Positions 18,370 through 27,754 of a DNA stretch of 64,000 nucleotides are shown one piece after another. Origin of the DNA: an uncultured Candidatus Saccharibacteria bacterium (GTDB lineage: Bacteria > Patescibacteriota > Minisyncoccia > UBA6257 > UBA11618); contig CAYIII010000002.1 of assembly GCA_964363475.1 (NCBI GenBank), forward strand, positions 6,661 through 70,660, given 5' to 3'. Each line of letters starts with the position of its first letter. Positions within the stretch are counted from its first letter, which is position 1. A program made the translations under genes and the position numbers. A model generated the notes under the pieces. That model ran no database searches and was not told the DNA's origin. It was given only the letters and a program-made list of their open reading frames with translations.

Positions 18370-19518
18370 ATGAGCCGGCTTAAATATTTCTCACCCCACT
18401 ACAGGTCTTATTATCCCGGAACCAGATTGGAATGGGGCTGTGATTCTTTAGTCAGGGATACCCACGATAATACTTATATTGACGCCACGAGCGGATGGGG
18501 TGTTTTGGCCCTTGGGCACAATTTCCCGAAAATTCAAGAAGCGGCTACCGACCAAATAGAAAATTTAACCCATACTTGCGGTTGTAATTTTGACCATAGG
18601 CCACAAAATGTCTTGGCTAAAGAGATAATGAAAAAAATGCCGAAGGGGCATGATTGGGAATTATTTTTTACAAATAGCGGCGCTGAATCGGTTGAGGGAG
18701 CGATGAAATTAACCAGATATCATACAAAGAAATCATGTTTTATCGCATTTCAAGGCGGCTTTCATGGAAGAACTTTTGGCGCAATGAGTTTGGGCTCGGC
18801 ATTTCCCAGATTAAGAGAAGGATTTGAACCTATTTTGTTTGGAGTAGAAATACTGCCGTACAATAATCAAGATGAAATTTTAAAGAGATGGCCAAATATC
18901 GCGGCTGTTTTTGTGGAGCCGGTGCAGGGAGTCGGCGGTTGCAAGGTTGCGAGTAAAGAATTTATGAAGGCCATCAGAAATTTTTGCGACAGAAGCGGTG
19001 CCTTAATGGTTGTTGATGAGATTCAATGCGGGATTGGGCGCACGGGAAAGTTTTGGGCGTTTGAACATTCCGCGGTTGTTCCCGATATTGTTTGTTCGGC
19101 CAAAGCCCTTGGCGGCGGCTTTCCTCTGGGAGCCGTTATCGCAAAAAAAGAAATTATGACTTGGCCTCCGGGCTCTCATGGGAGTACTTTTGGCGGCCAT
19201 CCCGTGGCTTGCATGGCTGGCGTGGTTGTATTGAAAACAATTAACAAAATTTTTTTGGAAAAAGTTAAGGCAAAAAGCTGTCTTCTTAGGAAAGGATTAG
19301 AGAATATTCCCAACTGTAAAGTTAACGGTTTGGGTCTTATGTTGGCTGTTGATGTTTTTGATTCATCCAGAAGAGACGAAGTTATGAGAGAATGCGGGGA
19401 AAATGGTTTATTGGTTTTGCCGGCAGAGCCAAGCGCTATTAGATTGTTGCCACCGCTTAATTGTAAAAATAAAGTATTAAAAGAAATAATTAGTATTTTG
19501 AGAAGCGCTATTAATTAA
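18370..19518 (+). CDS. Class-III PLP-dependent aminotransferase (ArgD/GabT family)
   Basis: 382 aa; DEIQCGIGRTGKFWAFEH PLP-lysine region; GG..FHGRT motif. Confidence 0.8.
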   Translation: MSRLKYFSPHYRSYYPGTRLEWGCDSLVRDTHDNTYIDATSGWGVLALGHNFPKIQEAATDQIENLTHTCGCNFDHRPQNVLAKEIMKKMPKGHDWELFFTNSGAESVEGAMKLTRYHTKKSCFIAFQGGFHGRTFGAMSLGSAFPRLREGFEPILFGVEILPYNNQDEILKRWPNIAAVFVEPVQGVGGCKVASKEFMKAIRNFCDRSGALMVVDEIQCGIGRTGKFWAFEHSAVVPDIVCSAKALGGGFPLGAVIAKKEIMTWPPGSHGSTFGGHPVACMAGVVVLKTINKIFLEKVKAKSCLLRKGLENIPNCKVNGLGLMLAVDVFDSSRRDEVMRECGENGLLVLPAEPSAIRLLPPLNCKNKVLKEIISILRSAIN

Positions 19519-19541
19519 AACCCTAAATAAGGGTTTTTTAT
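19516..19541. terminator. Bidirectional intrinsic terminator
   Basis: AAAACCCTAAATAAGGGTTTTTTAT hairpin between convergent genes. Confidence 0.5.
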
Positions 19542-20002
19542 TACAAGAGGCGTCTAAATAAATCTTCGGGCGTTCCAACAACTTCATGAATTAATTTATG
19601 AGCGGACGGTTCTTCGTACAAATCATGAGGGTAATGTCCCATAAGAGTTCTGCCGTCCAAAGAATAACAAAGTTTTCCCGCCATGGCGGCGGCAAAAAGT
19701 TCTCCCGTGGTATTTACTCCCAAATATCCGTCTTTATTAAAGATAAAACAAACATCCGCCACTCGTACTTTGCGAAACAGGTGGTCATAAACTTTACCGG
19801 CAATTACCTCCCGATAATGAGAGTCCCGCAAACGATCTTTTTCGTGCGCGTGCTTATCAAATTTTTCTTCTATTTCGCTAAAATTTGGTTCTAAGATAAC
19901 CAAATGATGTCCCTCGTTATTAGATATTTTTTTTAAATCATCAATAAACTTTTTTAATTCCGGTCCGAATCTTTGGCTGGAACAAAAAACCACGCTCTTC
20001 AT
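19541..20002 (-). CDS. DNPH1/Rcl-like nucleoside 2-deoxyribosyltransferase-superfamily protein (putative 2'-deoxynucleoside 5'-phosphate N-hydrolase)
   Basis: 153 aa; N-terminal VVFCSSQRF (compare Rcl YFCGSIRGG as I recall it) and ADVCFIFNKDGYLGVNTTGELFAAAMAGK (D-x-GT-x-E motif of the NDT fold). Paralog of 20534..20959. Confidence 0.5.
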   Translation of the reverse strand: MKSVVFCSSQRFGPELKKFIDDLKKISNNEGHHLVILEPNFSEIEEKFDKHAHEKDRLRDSHYREVIAGKVYDHLFRKVRVADVCFIFNKDGYLGVNTTGELFAAAMAGKLCYSLDGRTLMGHYPHDLYEEPSAHKLIHEVVGTPEDLFRRLL

Positions 20003-20077
20003 TAAATTAAGAATATCTAATTTTTATTTTTACAGCAACTATTTAATAGAAAATATTTAGTTAATAAAAAACCCTCA

Positions 20078-20521
20078 CTATTTGAGAGTTATGTCTAGGG
20101 AAAGTTCTGGAATTATATAAGTAAACCAAGCTGGGTCAACCTCTCCCTTACTAATGTAGTAAGCTATTACTGACGCAGACAGAAATTCAACGAATCTATG
20201 TTTCGTAGGTTCCATTAATTTGGGCTTTCCTTCGTACTTGGAAACATTATAAACAAACCATTCATGGCCATCATATCCTGGCGGCCGCGCGCATGGGTTG
20301 GGAAAAACTTTGTTTAAAACTAGTTCGCACCTTACTACTTTTAGTCCAGATTCTTCCATAACTTCTCTTATCAATGCGTCTTTGGGGGTCTTATCCGTTG
20401 AATCAATGTGTCCAGCTATAAAAGCTAATCCTGTTGGGTGTTTAAGGCGATATAGGCAAAGATATTCGCTTTTTTCATTTTTAATAATCGCTCCCACGCT
20501 TTTTCCCGGGCAAAGGTTCAT
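20078..20521 (-). CDS. Nudix hydrolase
   Basis: 147 aa; Nudix box GHIDSTDKTPKDALIREVMEESGL. Confidence 0.75.
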   Translation of the reverse strand: MNLCPGKSVGAIIKNEKSEYLCLYRLKHPTGLAFIAGHIDSTDKTPKDALIREVMEESGLKVVRCELVLNKVFPNPCARPPGYDGHEWFVYNVSKYEGKPKLMEPTKHRFVEFLSASVIAYYISKGEVDPAWFTYIIPELSLDITLK

Positions 20522-20533
20522 ATATCTCCTTTC

Positions 20534-20959
20534 TTAGACCAGTCGTTTCACTAGTTCTTCGGGTGTGTCTAAAATTTCCGTGAAAAGAATATCACGGCAA
20601 ACTTCTCCCCCGCTCTCAATGGCTCTTTCCGGTTCCAACGCGTAAATAACCATGTTCTTGCCATGAGCAAAGCCAATCTCTAGGGTCGTATTAATGCCAA
20701 GATATCCGTTTTTATTAAAAATAAAACACACATCCGCTTTTCTTAATCTGTCAAAGTGCTCATGCACCAATCCGGGGATTCTGTCTCTATAGGACTTGGA
20801 CTTAAGCCGTTCCTTTTCCTTTTTATGAATCATTTTTTGGCGATGGCGCTGAAAGTTTGGCTCAAATACCACCGAAACCCCTAAGCCCTTTAATCTATTA
20901 GAAAAGGCCTTTATCTCATCTTTATATCGTTGAGAGCCACAGATACATACTGTTTTCAT
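20534..20959 (-). CDS. DNPH1/Rcl-like nucleoside 2-deoxyribosyltransferase-superfamily protein (paralog)
   Basis: 141 aa; TVCICGSQRY...ADVCFIFNKNGYLGINTTLEIGFAHGK, same motif set as 19541..20002. Confidence 0.5.
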   Translation of the reverse strand: MKTVCICGSQRYKDEIKAFSNRLKGLGVSVVFEPNFQRHRQKMIHKKEKERLKSKSYRDRIPGLVHEHFDRLRKADVCFIFNKNGYLGINTTLEIGFAHGKNMVIYALEPERAIESGGEVCRDILFTEILDTPEELVKRLV

Positions 20960-21021
20960 ATGTATACTTGAATCATATTACGGGGTTAGGAATGCGCAAG
21001 TATTGACAATTTATAGATAAT

Positions 21022-21840
21022 TTGTTACAATGTGGGGCAATGAATTCTGTCAAAAATGCCGTCATTTTAAGTATAATTTTGATAGTTTTAGCGTCGGCTT
21101 TTTATGCTGGCGAGGCGCGCGCCGAATATGCGGGTATTTGTAGCGGTGAAAAAATTATTGATTCTCAAAGCAATATAAAAATTCCTTTTGGGGCATCTGT
21201 GCATCGTAGGGTTATCAGAGGACGTGACATAACGGTTTTGTGTCCCCCTCGTATTTCCGCGATAAAAATAAATAATGCTCCGGTTTGGTTTCAATTGCCG
21301 ACGCAATCCGCTTTTGCCGGAGGCGGCCTTCAGTTCGTTGTTTCGGCTGCCGATATGGAGCATGATAATTTAACTTACAGAGCGTTGAATCTTCCTAACG
21401 GAGCATTGTTTGATGGGAGTTCAAGAACTTTTACATGGATTCCTACAAATGAACAATTCGGCGTTTATAAAATTATTTTTAGGGCATCAGATGGATTCAA
21501 TTTTTCCGATATGACTGTGGAGATAGATATTTATCCTTACGCCTTTTCTGTTTATCCGATTCCAACTAAATTAAATTTTTTTAATATTAATCCCCCGTTA
21601 ATGGTTAATGAGAAGGAATTGTATATAACCACTCTTCAGGTAAATGGCGGCAATAATTTGTACTACCGAATTATCAACGGCCCAAGGGGCCTAAAAATTG
21701 ATAATAATTTTGGCGTGGTTTATTGGGTTCCTGATATTAATCAGGGAAGACAAGAGCCCTATTTGGTTTCTATCGGGGTTACTAACGGAAAAATTGAAGT
21801 GTCAAAAAGTTTTTATATAACTGTTTATGAAAAAATATAA
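21022..21840 (+). CDS. Secreted protein with two He_PIG/cadherin-like Ig domains (true start probably the Met at 21040)
   Basis: Signal peptide AVILSIILIVLASAFYAGEARA; domain pattern LTYRALNLPNGALFDGSSRTFTWIPTNEQFGVYKIIFRASDG fits the putative-Ig (He_PIG) consensus; second copy YYRIINGPRGLKIDNNFGVVYWVP. Confidence 0.55.
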   Translation: MLQCGAMNSVKNAVILSIILIVLASAFYAGEARAEYAGICSGEKIIDSQSNIKIPFGASVHRRVIRGRDITVLCPPRISAIKINNAPVWFQLPTQSAFAGGGLQFVVSAADMEHDNLTYRALNLPNGALFDGSSRTFTWIPTNEQFGVYKIIFRASDGFNFSDMTVEIDIYPYAFSVYPIPTKLNFFNINPPLMVNEKELYITTLQVNGGNNLYYRIINGPRGLKIDNNFGVVYWVPDINQGRQEPYLVSIGVTNGKIEVSKSFYITVYEKI

Positions 21841-23530
21841 TATAAATTATTTAATTTTTGCGGCTGGATTATTGATGGCTTTTACGGCTCCTGCCGTTTA
21901 TGCCGCCCCTAACGACGTAACAAAAGTGACCACAGACCCCGCTACGAGCCATGTTGATGGCGGTGGCTCATTGATGCTGGATACTAAAACTGGCCTGCTT
22001 ACCGTTGGCAGACAAACCGACCGCAACGCTCCCAGCGTTGATATGCATTTTGTTATTACTTTAGAATCAGGACAAAATTTGCTTCACGTGGCGAATATGA
22101 AGGGAGCGGGAGCCAGTAATCAATTGCCCGGCGGTTGGGGTAATGTCCAAAGCGCTTCTTTTTCTCTCACAAGAGACGTGCCTCGTTATCCCACCAGTCA
22201 TTGCGGTTATAAAACTTCTCCCAGCAATAATTTATATTACAAAGAAGAGGGCTTGCAATACGGATTTCATTGGAGCGATGGTTCTAAAGACAGATGCGGA
22301 CCGATTAGAGTAATTAATGCGGTATGGTTTATAAGTAATGCATTACCAACACCTGCGCCTATACCAACACCTCCGCCAGCGCCTACTCCCCCACCTCCTT
22401 CTCCGATACCCACACCAGTAATTCCTCCACAAATTATTTACCAAGCACCTATTTATCAACCGCCAATTTATCAGCCACCGATTTATCAAACACCTATTTA
22501 TTATCAGTTGCCGGCGTTTTATTATTCGCAAATTTATAACCAGCCGCCTGTCTGGATTCCCGTCCCAAATCAAACAGTTAATGTGGGCAGAGTATTACAA
22601 TTTACAGTATTAGCCGTTGACCCTAATAATGACTATGTAAATTACAGAGTCGGCACTATGCCGGTTGGCGCCTCTTTTAATAGCGACACCAGAACATTTA
22701 TGTGGGTGCCGAGCAGTAATCAATCAGGAATTCATACCGTGATTTTTATTGCCTCTGACCCGTATAACAGCGTTGATATGAGCGTTTATATTCGCGTTGG
22801 CGAAGACGACGCTAAATTAGGATGTTTTGCTCCGTCATTCACTAACGATACTATTCCCGTATCTGCCAAAGAAGGCCAATTATATACCGCAACTATTTTA
22901 GCCAATGGCGGTGGCATCACTTATAAAATAATTAACGGTCCTCAAGGACTAACCATTAATCCTAACTTCGGAGTTATTGTTTGGGCGCCTAATTTTTCTC
23001 AAGGGAAATCAGAATCATATCCGGTGACCGTCAGCGCCGTTAATTGCCAGGGAGAAGTTACTAAAACATTCAATATTACCGTTCAAGATGTTAATGGTGT
23101 TTATACTCCCCCGGTCGTGTCCGCCTGTGCTGGCGAGAAATTATCAATTTATAATATTAAGGTTAGCAATTGGCAAAACAATGTCGCGATTTCTTGGAAC
23201 ACTAACAAACCGGCAACTTCTGGATTGATGTATGATACGGTCTCAAAAGCCGATTTAACCAAAGAATTTAATTATTCTAATTCTTCTCCAATTAACTACA
23301 ACTTGACTACTGACCATAAAATTATTTTGCCTTTATCACAAGCTAACGAGACCTATTATTTCAGAGTGTCTTCTAAAACTGATTGCGATGCGTTAGTTAT
23401 AAGCAGTGAAAGAATTTTTGCGCCTTTATATTATTATGGTTGGATAGGGTGGTGTTTAAGTGTATTATTGTTTTTGGCGTTATTAACGCTTATGACGATA
23501 ATAGTGGCGCTAATAATTAAAAAAAGATAA
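21827..23530 (+). CDS. Large cell-surface protein: signal peptide, Pro-rich linker with QxPIY tandem repeats, He_PIG-like Ig domains, C-terminal hydrophobic anchor ending in KKR
   Basis: 567 aa; PTPAPIPTPPPAPTPPPPSPIPTP then (QxPIY)x4; He_PIG-like VNYRVGTMPVGASFNSDTRTFMWVPSSNQSGIHTVIFIASD; C-terminus GWIGWCLSVLLFLALLTLMTIIVALIIKKR. Confidence 0.55.
   Translation: MKKYNINYLIFAAGLLMAFTAPAVYAAPNDVTKVTTDPATSHVDGGGSLMLDTKTGLLTVGRQTDRNAPSVDMHFVITLESGQNLLHVANMKGAGASNQLPGGWGNVQSASFSLTRDVPRYPTSHCGYKTSPSNNLYYKEEGLQYGFHWSDGSKDRCGPIRVINAVWFISNALPTPAPIPTPPPAPTPPPPSPIPTPVIPPQIIYQAPIYQPPIYQPPIYQTPIYYQLPAFYYSQIYNQPPVWIPVPNQTVNVGRVLQFTVLAVDPNNDYVNYRVGTMPVGASFNSDTRTFMWVPSSNQSGIHTVIFIASDPYNSVDMSVYIRVGEDDAKLGCFAPSFTNDTIPVSAKEGQLYTATILANGGGITYKIINGPQGLTINPNFGVIVWAPNFSQGKSESYPVTVSAVNCQGEVTKTFNITVQDVNGVYTPPVVSACAGEKLSIYNIKVSNWQNNVAISWNTNKPATSGLMYDTVSKADLTKEFNYSNSSPINYNLTTDHKIILPLSQANETYYFRVSSKTDCDALVISSERIFAPLYYYGWIGWCLSVLLFLALLTLMTIIVALIIKKR
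22437..22506 (+). repeat. In-frame 15-bp tandem repeat (about 4.5 copies) encoding QAPIY-QPPIY-QPPIY-QTPIY
   Basis: caagcacctatttat / caaccgccaatttat / cagccaccgatttat / caaacacctatttat. Confidence 0.6.
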
Positions 23531-23562
23531 AAAAACACCCGAACTTCAATTCGGGTGTTTTA
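23531..23562. terminator. Bidirectional intrinsic terminator between convergent surface-protein genes
   Basis: AAAAAACACCCGAACTTCAATTCGGGTGTTTTAG: a 10-bp stem flanked by an A-run and a T-run. Confidence 0.6.
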
Positions 23563-23568
23563 GAAATT

Positions 23569-24777
23569 CTACCTTTGTGGCTCTTGCGCTGCGGCTCTTG
23601 TTAATCGGCCCCATGCTCCGCAAGGCACATTATGCAATGCATCTCCTAAAGCTCCTGCGGCTGGTCCTTTGCCCTCCTTTCTTGAATCTTGGAATTCACA
23701 TACCGCTTTACTTGTTAAATTACCATAATATCCAGTTGCTCCCGTTTCAGCTAACAATCTAGCAATAGGACCAGTACCCCATTTAATTAATAGTTTTTGT
23801 AATTTTTTAACATCATTGCCTTTATCTCCCTTTGATAAGCCAGGCGGTGGTAAATCATCAGAAGACGCGGCGATATTACTTGATATTGATAAGCTGGCCA
23901 ATTGTTTTTGCGCTTCCGGAGAAATAGTTTTTCCGGATTTAACTGAATCTTGTAGTAACGCCAATACTTGAGCGATAAGTCCCGTTAATTGCTGTTTTAC
24001 AGATGCAATTAAAGCGATTCTATTTGAAGAGTCAGCGCCAACTGATGTAGTTGCTTGAGTAGGCGGGATTCCCTTTCCGGGTTTACCCAACACAGTAAAG
24101 TAACTGGTTTTACTGGTCGTAACATTTACTCTTACAACGCCATCTACTGACACCTTGGTTGGTAACGGTTCCCAATTACTATTTGCGCTATCCCAACGAT
24201 AACCTATTAACGAACTAACGTCCTTATTTTTTACTTGCTCTGAAGCATATTCAAATTTAATTTCAATTGTACCGGACAAAACCACGTTGTTTCCCGTAGA
24301 ATCTGATATTTTTACGCTTAATAAATTATCATTTACAGCAGATAAGTTAGATGGCAAGGACCCAACTAATCCATTAACCGATGAAGATCCGTGACTTACC
24401 GCGTTTAATTTAACAACCGCAGTACTAGGAACTCTTTCTGCTGGAACAGTGACGGCCATAACAGTGCCATCATTTGGTTTTACCCCTTCACTAAAACCCA
24501 ACGCTTTACTCACATTAAAAGAAACTTCGTTTTTTATTACTCCTGCATAAGTACCAGATACAGAAACACTGCCTCCGCCTCCACCGCCACCACCACCACC
24601 GCTCCCACCATGAGAAGAACCAAAAGCTACCCTATAAGAAAGAGGCACTCCTGAATTATTAAATAATACCGACGCGACTATAAAAATTACAAAAACAAAA
24701 ATACCAATCGCTGACTTTAAGGACTGGTTTCCCTTTTCGCTTTTTAATAAACTTAAAAAATCTTTGACCATATTCAT
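23569..24777 (-). CDS. Membrane-anchored surface protein with Gly-rich linker and C-terminal peptidoglycan-binding (PG_binding_1-like) domain
   Basis: 402 aa; N-terminal TM; GGSGGGGGGGGGGS; C-terminus DVKKLQKLLIKWG...GYYGNLTSKAVCEFQ matches the PG-binding domain pattern. Confidence 0.55.
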   Translation of the reverse strand: MNMVKDFLSLLKSEKGNQSLKSAIGIFVFVIFIVASVLFNNSGVPLSYRVAFGSSHGGSGGGGGGGGGGSVSVSGTYAGVIKNEVSFNVSKALGFSEGVKPNDGTVMAVTVPAERVPSTAVVKLNAVSHGSSSVNGLVGSLPSNLSAVNDNLLSVKISDSTGNNVVLSGTIEIKFEYASEQVKNKDVSSLIGYRWDSANSNWEPLPTKVSVDGVVRVNVTTSKTSYFTVLGKPGKGIPPTQATTSVGADSSNRIALIASVKQQLTGLIAQVLALLQDSVKSGKTISPEAQKQLASLSISSNIAASSDDLPPPGLSKGDKGNDVKKLQKLLIKWGTGPIARLLAETGATGYYGNLTSKAVCEFQDSRKEGKGPAAGALGDALHNVPCGAWGRLTRAAAQEPQR

Positions 24778-24797
24778 TAATTTTCTCCTTGTTTATT

Positions 24798-26198
24798 TTA
24801 GTTGTCAATATCATTATTGGGGATAACTTCTCCTCTCCAAAAATGTTCGCTAATTTTCTTAAAAAATCCTAGTTGTTTCAAGTCCAACTCCGGTCCTCTT
24901 CTTCCCATATAAATGTATACCTCTTTATTAGAAATTTCTTCTAAATTTACAATGGGATGACCTCCGTATCCCTTTAAAACATGAATATATCTTGTGTCAC
25001 TGCTTGCAACGGGAATACCATTCTCTGTTTTAGAGAATAATTTTATTTCTTCCAGCTCTTTATTATTGATTATTGGCTCCATAACCCAACTTTGATAAGC
25101 AATGTTACCTATTAAAACCACTAAAATAATTGTAAAAATTATCCTCATTAGCTTATTTGTCCAAAATATCTGCAGGAAATTAAGCAAAACTTCTCCGGCC
25201 AGAATAATAAATATGATGTCTAAAAGAATTATGAATCGGTTATGAAATATAAAATTAAGATATACAAAAGAAAAATTCACTAACGCGTAATAAAACAGAA
25301 AAGTAAATTTTTTATTGTAAACCAATCTTATAAATCCCAATATGGCGAATGGAAGATAAATCAGGGCTAAAAAGTTTTGATAAAAATCCAGTTGCACAAA
25401 ATTACCGGCTAATATTTCTGATATGCCTCTCGCGTAATCCCCTCTTAAATACTTTTCCGCGTAATAAACATAACCCCAAAATTTATCCCAGTTAATAAAA
25501 AATGATGATACTAAAACAGAAAAGAAACTAACTAACAAAAAAAATCTATTCTTTTCAAAAATAGAAAATAATAAAATTGTTAATAAAAACGGCAATAGCG
25601 TTAGCGGATGAAAGAATCCGATTAAGATTGCGATAGGAATTAATTGCCACGACTTTTTTTGTATTAAATTGGCGGCAAAAAGCGTAAGCGCTATCGCCGC
25701 CGTCATTTTTGCATAGAAAACCCAATAAACCAAGAATTGGGAAATTGATAGGGAAAAAATTAATAAACTGAAAAACGCCGCTTTCTCATTAAAATATTTT
25801 TTGGTGACTTCATAAATACCGAATCCCGCCAACAGATTAAGCAGAATATGTATTGTATAAATTACCGGTATTGAAACGTACGGTCTGAAATTTTCTATAT
25901 AGACACCGGCGTCGGCCGCCAGCGGAAATTCCCCCCAGCGAAAAAAAGGAATCAATCTTGATAACACTAATATTGAAAAAGGCAGCCAGAGCCAACTTTT
26001 ATTAATTTTTATTTCGCATTCTTTATAATTTAATCCCACCAGCCAATAGAGAAGCAGGGAAAATGTCCAAAAAATTAGTTTGGATGGCCAATTTAGAAGC
26101 GCAGGAGTTGAAAACCAGATGAGTAAAATATATCCTAAGAGAAAAATATGAGGAAAAAATTTTTGGTAACCGGAGGCGCTGGTTTCATTGGTTCTCAT
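24798..26198 (-). CDS. Polytopic membrane protein (about 12 TM; GT-C- or Wzy-like glycan-processing enzyme candidate)
   Basis: 466 aa, hydrophobic throughout, with a ~90-aa C-terminal soluble tail. No diagnostic motif recognised. The annotated start overlaps the divergent gene at 26148, so the true start is probably internal. Confidence 0.4.
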   Translation of the reverse strand: MRTNETSASGYQKFFPHIFLLGYILLIWFSTPALLNWPSKLIFWTFSLLLYWLVGLNYKECEIKINKSWLWLPFSILVLSRLIPFFRWGEFPLAADAGVYIENFRPYVSIPVIYTIHILLNLLAGFGIYEVTKKYFNEKAAFFSLLIFSLSISQFLVYWVFYAKMTAAIALTLFAANLIQKKSWQLIPIAILIGFFHPLTLLPFLLTILLFSIFEKNRFFLLVSFFSVLVSSFFINWDKFWGYVYYAEKYLRGDYARGISEILAGNFVQLDFYQNFLALIYLPFAILGFIRLVYNKKFTFLFYYALVNFSFVYLNFIFHNRFIILLDIIFIILAGEVLLNFLQIFWTNKLMRIIFTIILVVLIGNIAYQSWVMEPIINNKELEEIKLFSKTENGIPVASSDTRYIHVLKGYGGHPIVNLEEISNKEVYIYMGRRGPELDLKQLGFFKKISEHFWRGEVIPNNDIDN

Positions 26199-27086
26199 TT
26201 GTGTGAAAATTTATTGAATAAAGGCAACGAAGTTATTTGTTTTGATAATTTAAGCACAGGAAAACTAAAAAATATAGAGCATATAAAAAACAAAGTTATT
26301 TTTGTAAAAGGAGACGCCAACAGTTTTAATGATTTGGAAGTAATTTTCAAAGAAAATAAATTAAGCGGAGTTTTTCATCACGCGGCTATTGTGGGAGTTA
26401 AACGCACGATGGAGTCCCCCGTTGATGTTCTAAATGATATTGAGAGCGCGCGCAATATTTTAAATTTGGCCTTGAAATACGGCAAGCCCAAAATTATATT
26501 TGCTTCCAGTTCGGAAGTTTATGGTGAACCTGTGGAAATACCGGAATTGGAGAACGGCCACATTAACGCGCAAATACCTTATGCCGTAACGAAACTGTAT
26601 TGCGAAAAACTTATGTCGGCTTATTGGCAAAAATATAAACTTCCGACCTGTTCTTTAAGATTTTTTAATGTTTACGGCCCTCGCCAGGAGTCCAGCGATT
26701 ACGGTTTTGTTATCGGTATATTTATTAAGAGTGTCCTGCGGGGTATGTCGCCTGTAATATACGGAGACGGCACGCAAACGCGTGATTTTGTTTACATTGA
26801 CGATAATGTGGAGGCCTCCATTAAAGCGCTGGAATCGCGGACTAACGGAGAAGTAATAAATATTGGTACGGGAAGGCCGACTACAATTTTGGATTTAGCC
26901 GAAAAAATTATTGCTCTTTGCGGACTCAAGAAAAATTTAAAGCCAAAATTTATTAAACATAGGGATGATGTAAGGCATCGTTTTCCTGATATCGGTAAAA
27001 TGAAAAACTTATTAAATTTTACGTCCCGATATAATCTTAAAAGCGGTTTAGAAAAAACAATAAATTGGTATAAAAAAGAGATATGA
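26148..27086 (+). CDS. NAD-dependent nucleotide-sugar epimerase/dehydratase (UXS/GalE-like SDR)
   Basis: 312 aa; TGGAGFIGSHL Rossmann motif, YAVTK (YxxxK) catalytic motif. Confidence 0.8.
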   Translation: MRKKFLVTGGAGFIGSHLCENLLNKGNEVICFDNLSTGKLKNIEHIKNKVIFVKGDANSFNDLEVIFKENKLSGVFHHAAIVGVKRTMESPVDVLNDIESARNILNLALKYGKPKIIFASSSEVYGEPVEIPELENGHINAQIPYAVTKLYCEKLMSAYWQKYKLPTCSLRFFNVYGPRQESSDYGFVIGIFIKSVLRGMSPVIYGDGTQTRDFVYIDDNVEASIKALESRTNGEVINIGTGRPTTILDLAEKIIALCGLKKNLKPKFIKHRDDVRHRFPDIGKMKNLLNFTSRYNLKSGLEKTINWYKKEI

Positions 27087-27754
27087 AAGTTGCCTTGGTA
27101 ATTCCGGCTCATAACGAAGAAAAAAATATACAAAACGTAATTAAAAAATCAGCCAGTTACGTTGATTGGGTGATTATTGTTAATGATGGTTCAAGCGATG
27201 CCACTAAAAAGATATGCGAGGCAAATCGTTGCGATAAAAAAATAATATTGCTTAACCATAAAATTAATTTAGGCAAGGGCTCCGCTTTGAAGACGGGATG
27301 TGAGGCGGCCCGTAAATTAGGCAGTGATATTATTGTCACAATTGACGGCGACGGCCAACATTCCCCGGAGTATATTCCTAAAATTTTACAGTATATGGAG
27401 TCCAATAAATTGGATTTTATTTTTACCGTTCGTCAAGGTGGCGACAAGATGCCCTTGATTCGCTTTCTGGGCAATAGAACTTTAAATTTGACTGCCCAAT
27501 GTCTTTTTAATGTCAATTTAAAGGATATGTGGTGTGGTTTTAGAGCGTTTCGCGTCAGTTGCCTACCTAAAATCTCTTGGAGTAAAAGCGATTATTCCGG
27601 AGAAATCCAAATGGCGCTCAAAGTCGGGAAAAATAAAATTACTTACGGAGAATATGCCATTCCCACTATTTACAGCGACAATGTTAAGGGAGTTCATATT
27701 TTGCATGGGCTCAAGTTATTGTTGCAAATGATTGTGTGGCGTATAATGCTATAA
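27083..27754 (+). CDS. GT2 glycosyltransferase, polyprenol-phosphate sugar synthase-like (DPM1/ArnC/GtrB type)
   Basis: 223 aa; VIPAHNEEKNI...VNDGSSDAT...DGDGQH (DxD). Confidence 0.75.
   Translation: MKVALVIPAHNEEKNIQNVIKKSASYVDWVIIVNDGSSDATKKICEANRCDKKIILLNHKINLGKGSALKTGCEAARKLGSDIIVTIDGDGQHSPEYIPKILQYMESNKLDFIFTVRQGGDKMPLIRFLGNRTLNLTAQCLFNVNLKDMWCGFRAFRVSCLPKISWSKSDYSGEIQMALKVGKNKITYGEYAIPTIYSDNVKGVHILHGLKLLLQMIVWRIML

Noticed and set aside
22343-22573. 76-aa Arg/Trp-rich minus-strand ORF.
   Set aside because: Antisense to the Pro-rich / QxPIY tandem-repeat region of the surface protein. The repetitive composition is a mirror of the CCN/ATT repeats, not a gene.
26148-26198. 51-bp overlap of divergent start codons (membrane protein on minus, epimerase on plus).
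   Set aside because: Most likely an over-extended longest-ORF call for the membrane protein. The epimerase start at MRKKFLVTGGAGFIG is canonical. Not treated as a real overlap.
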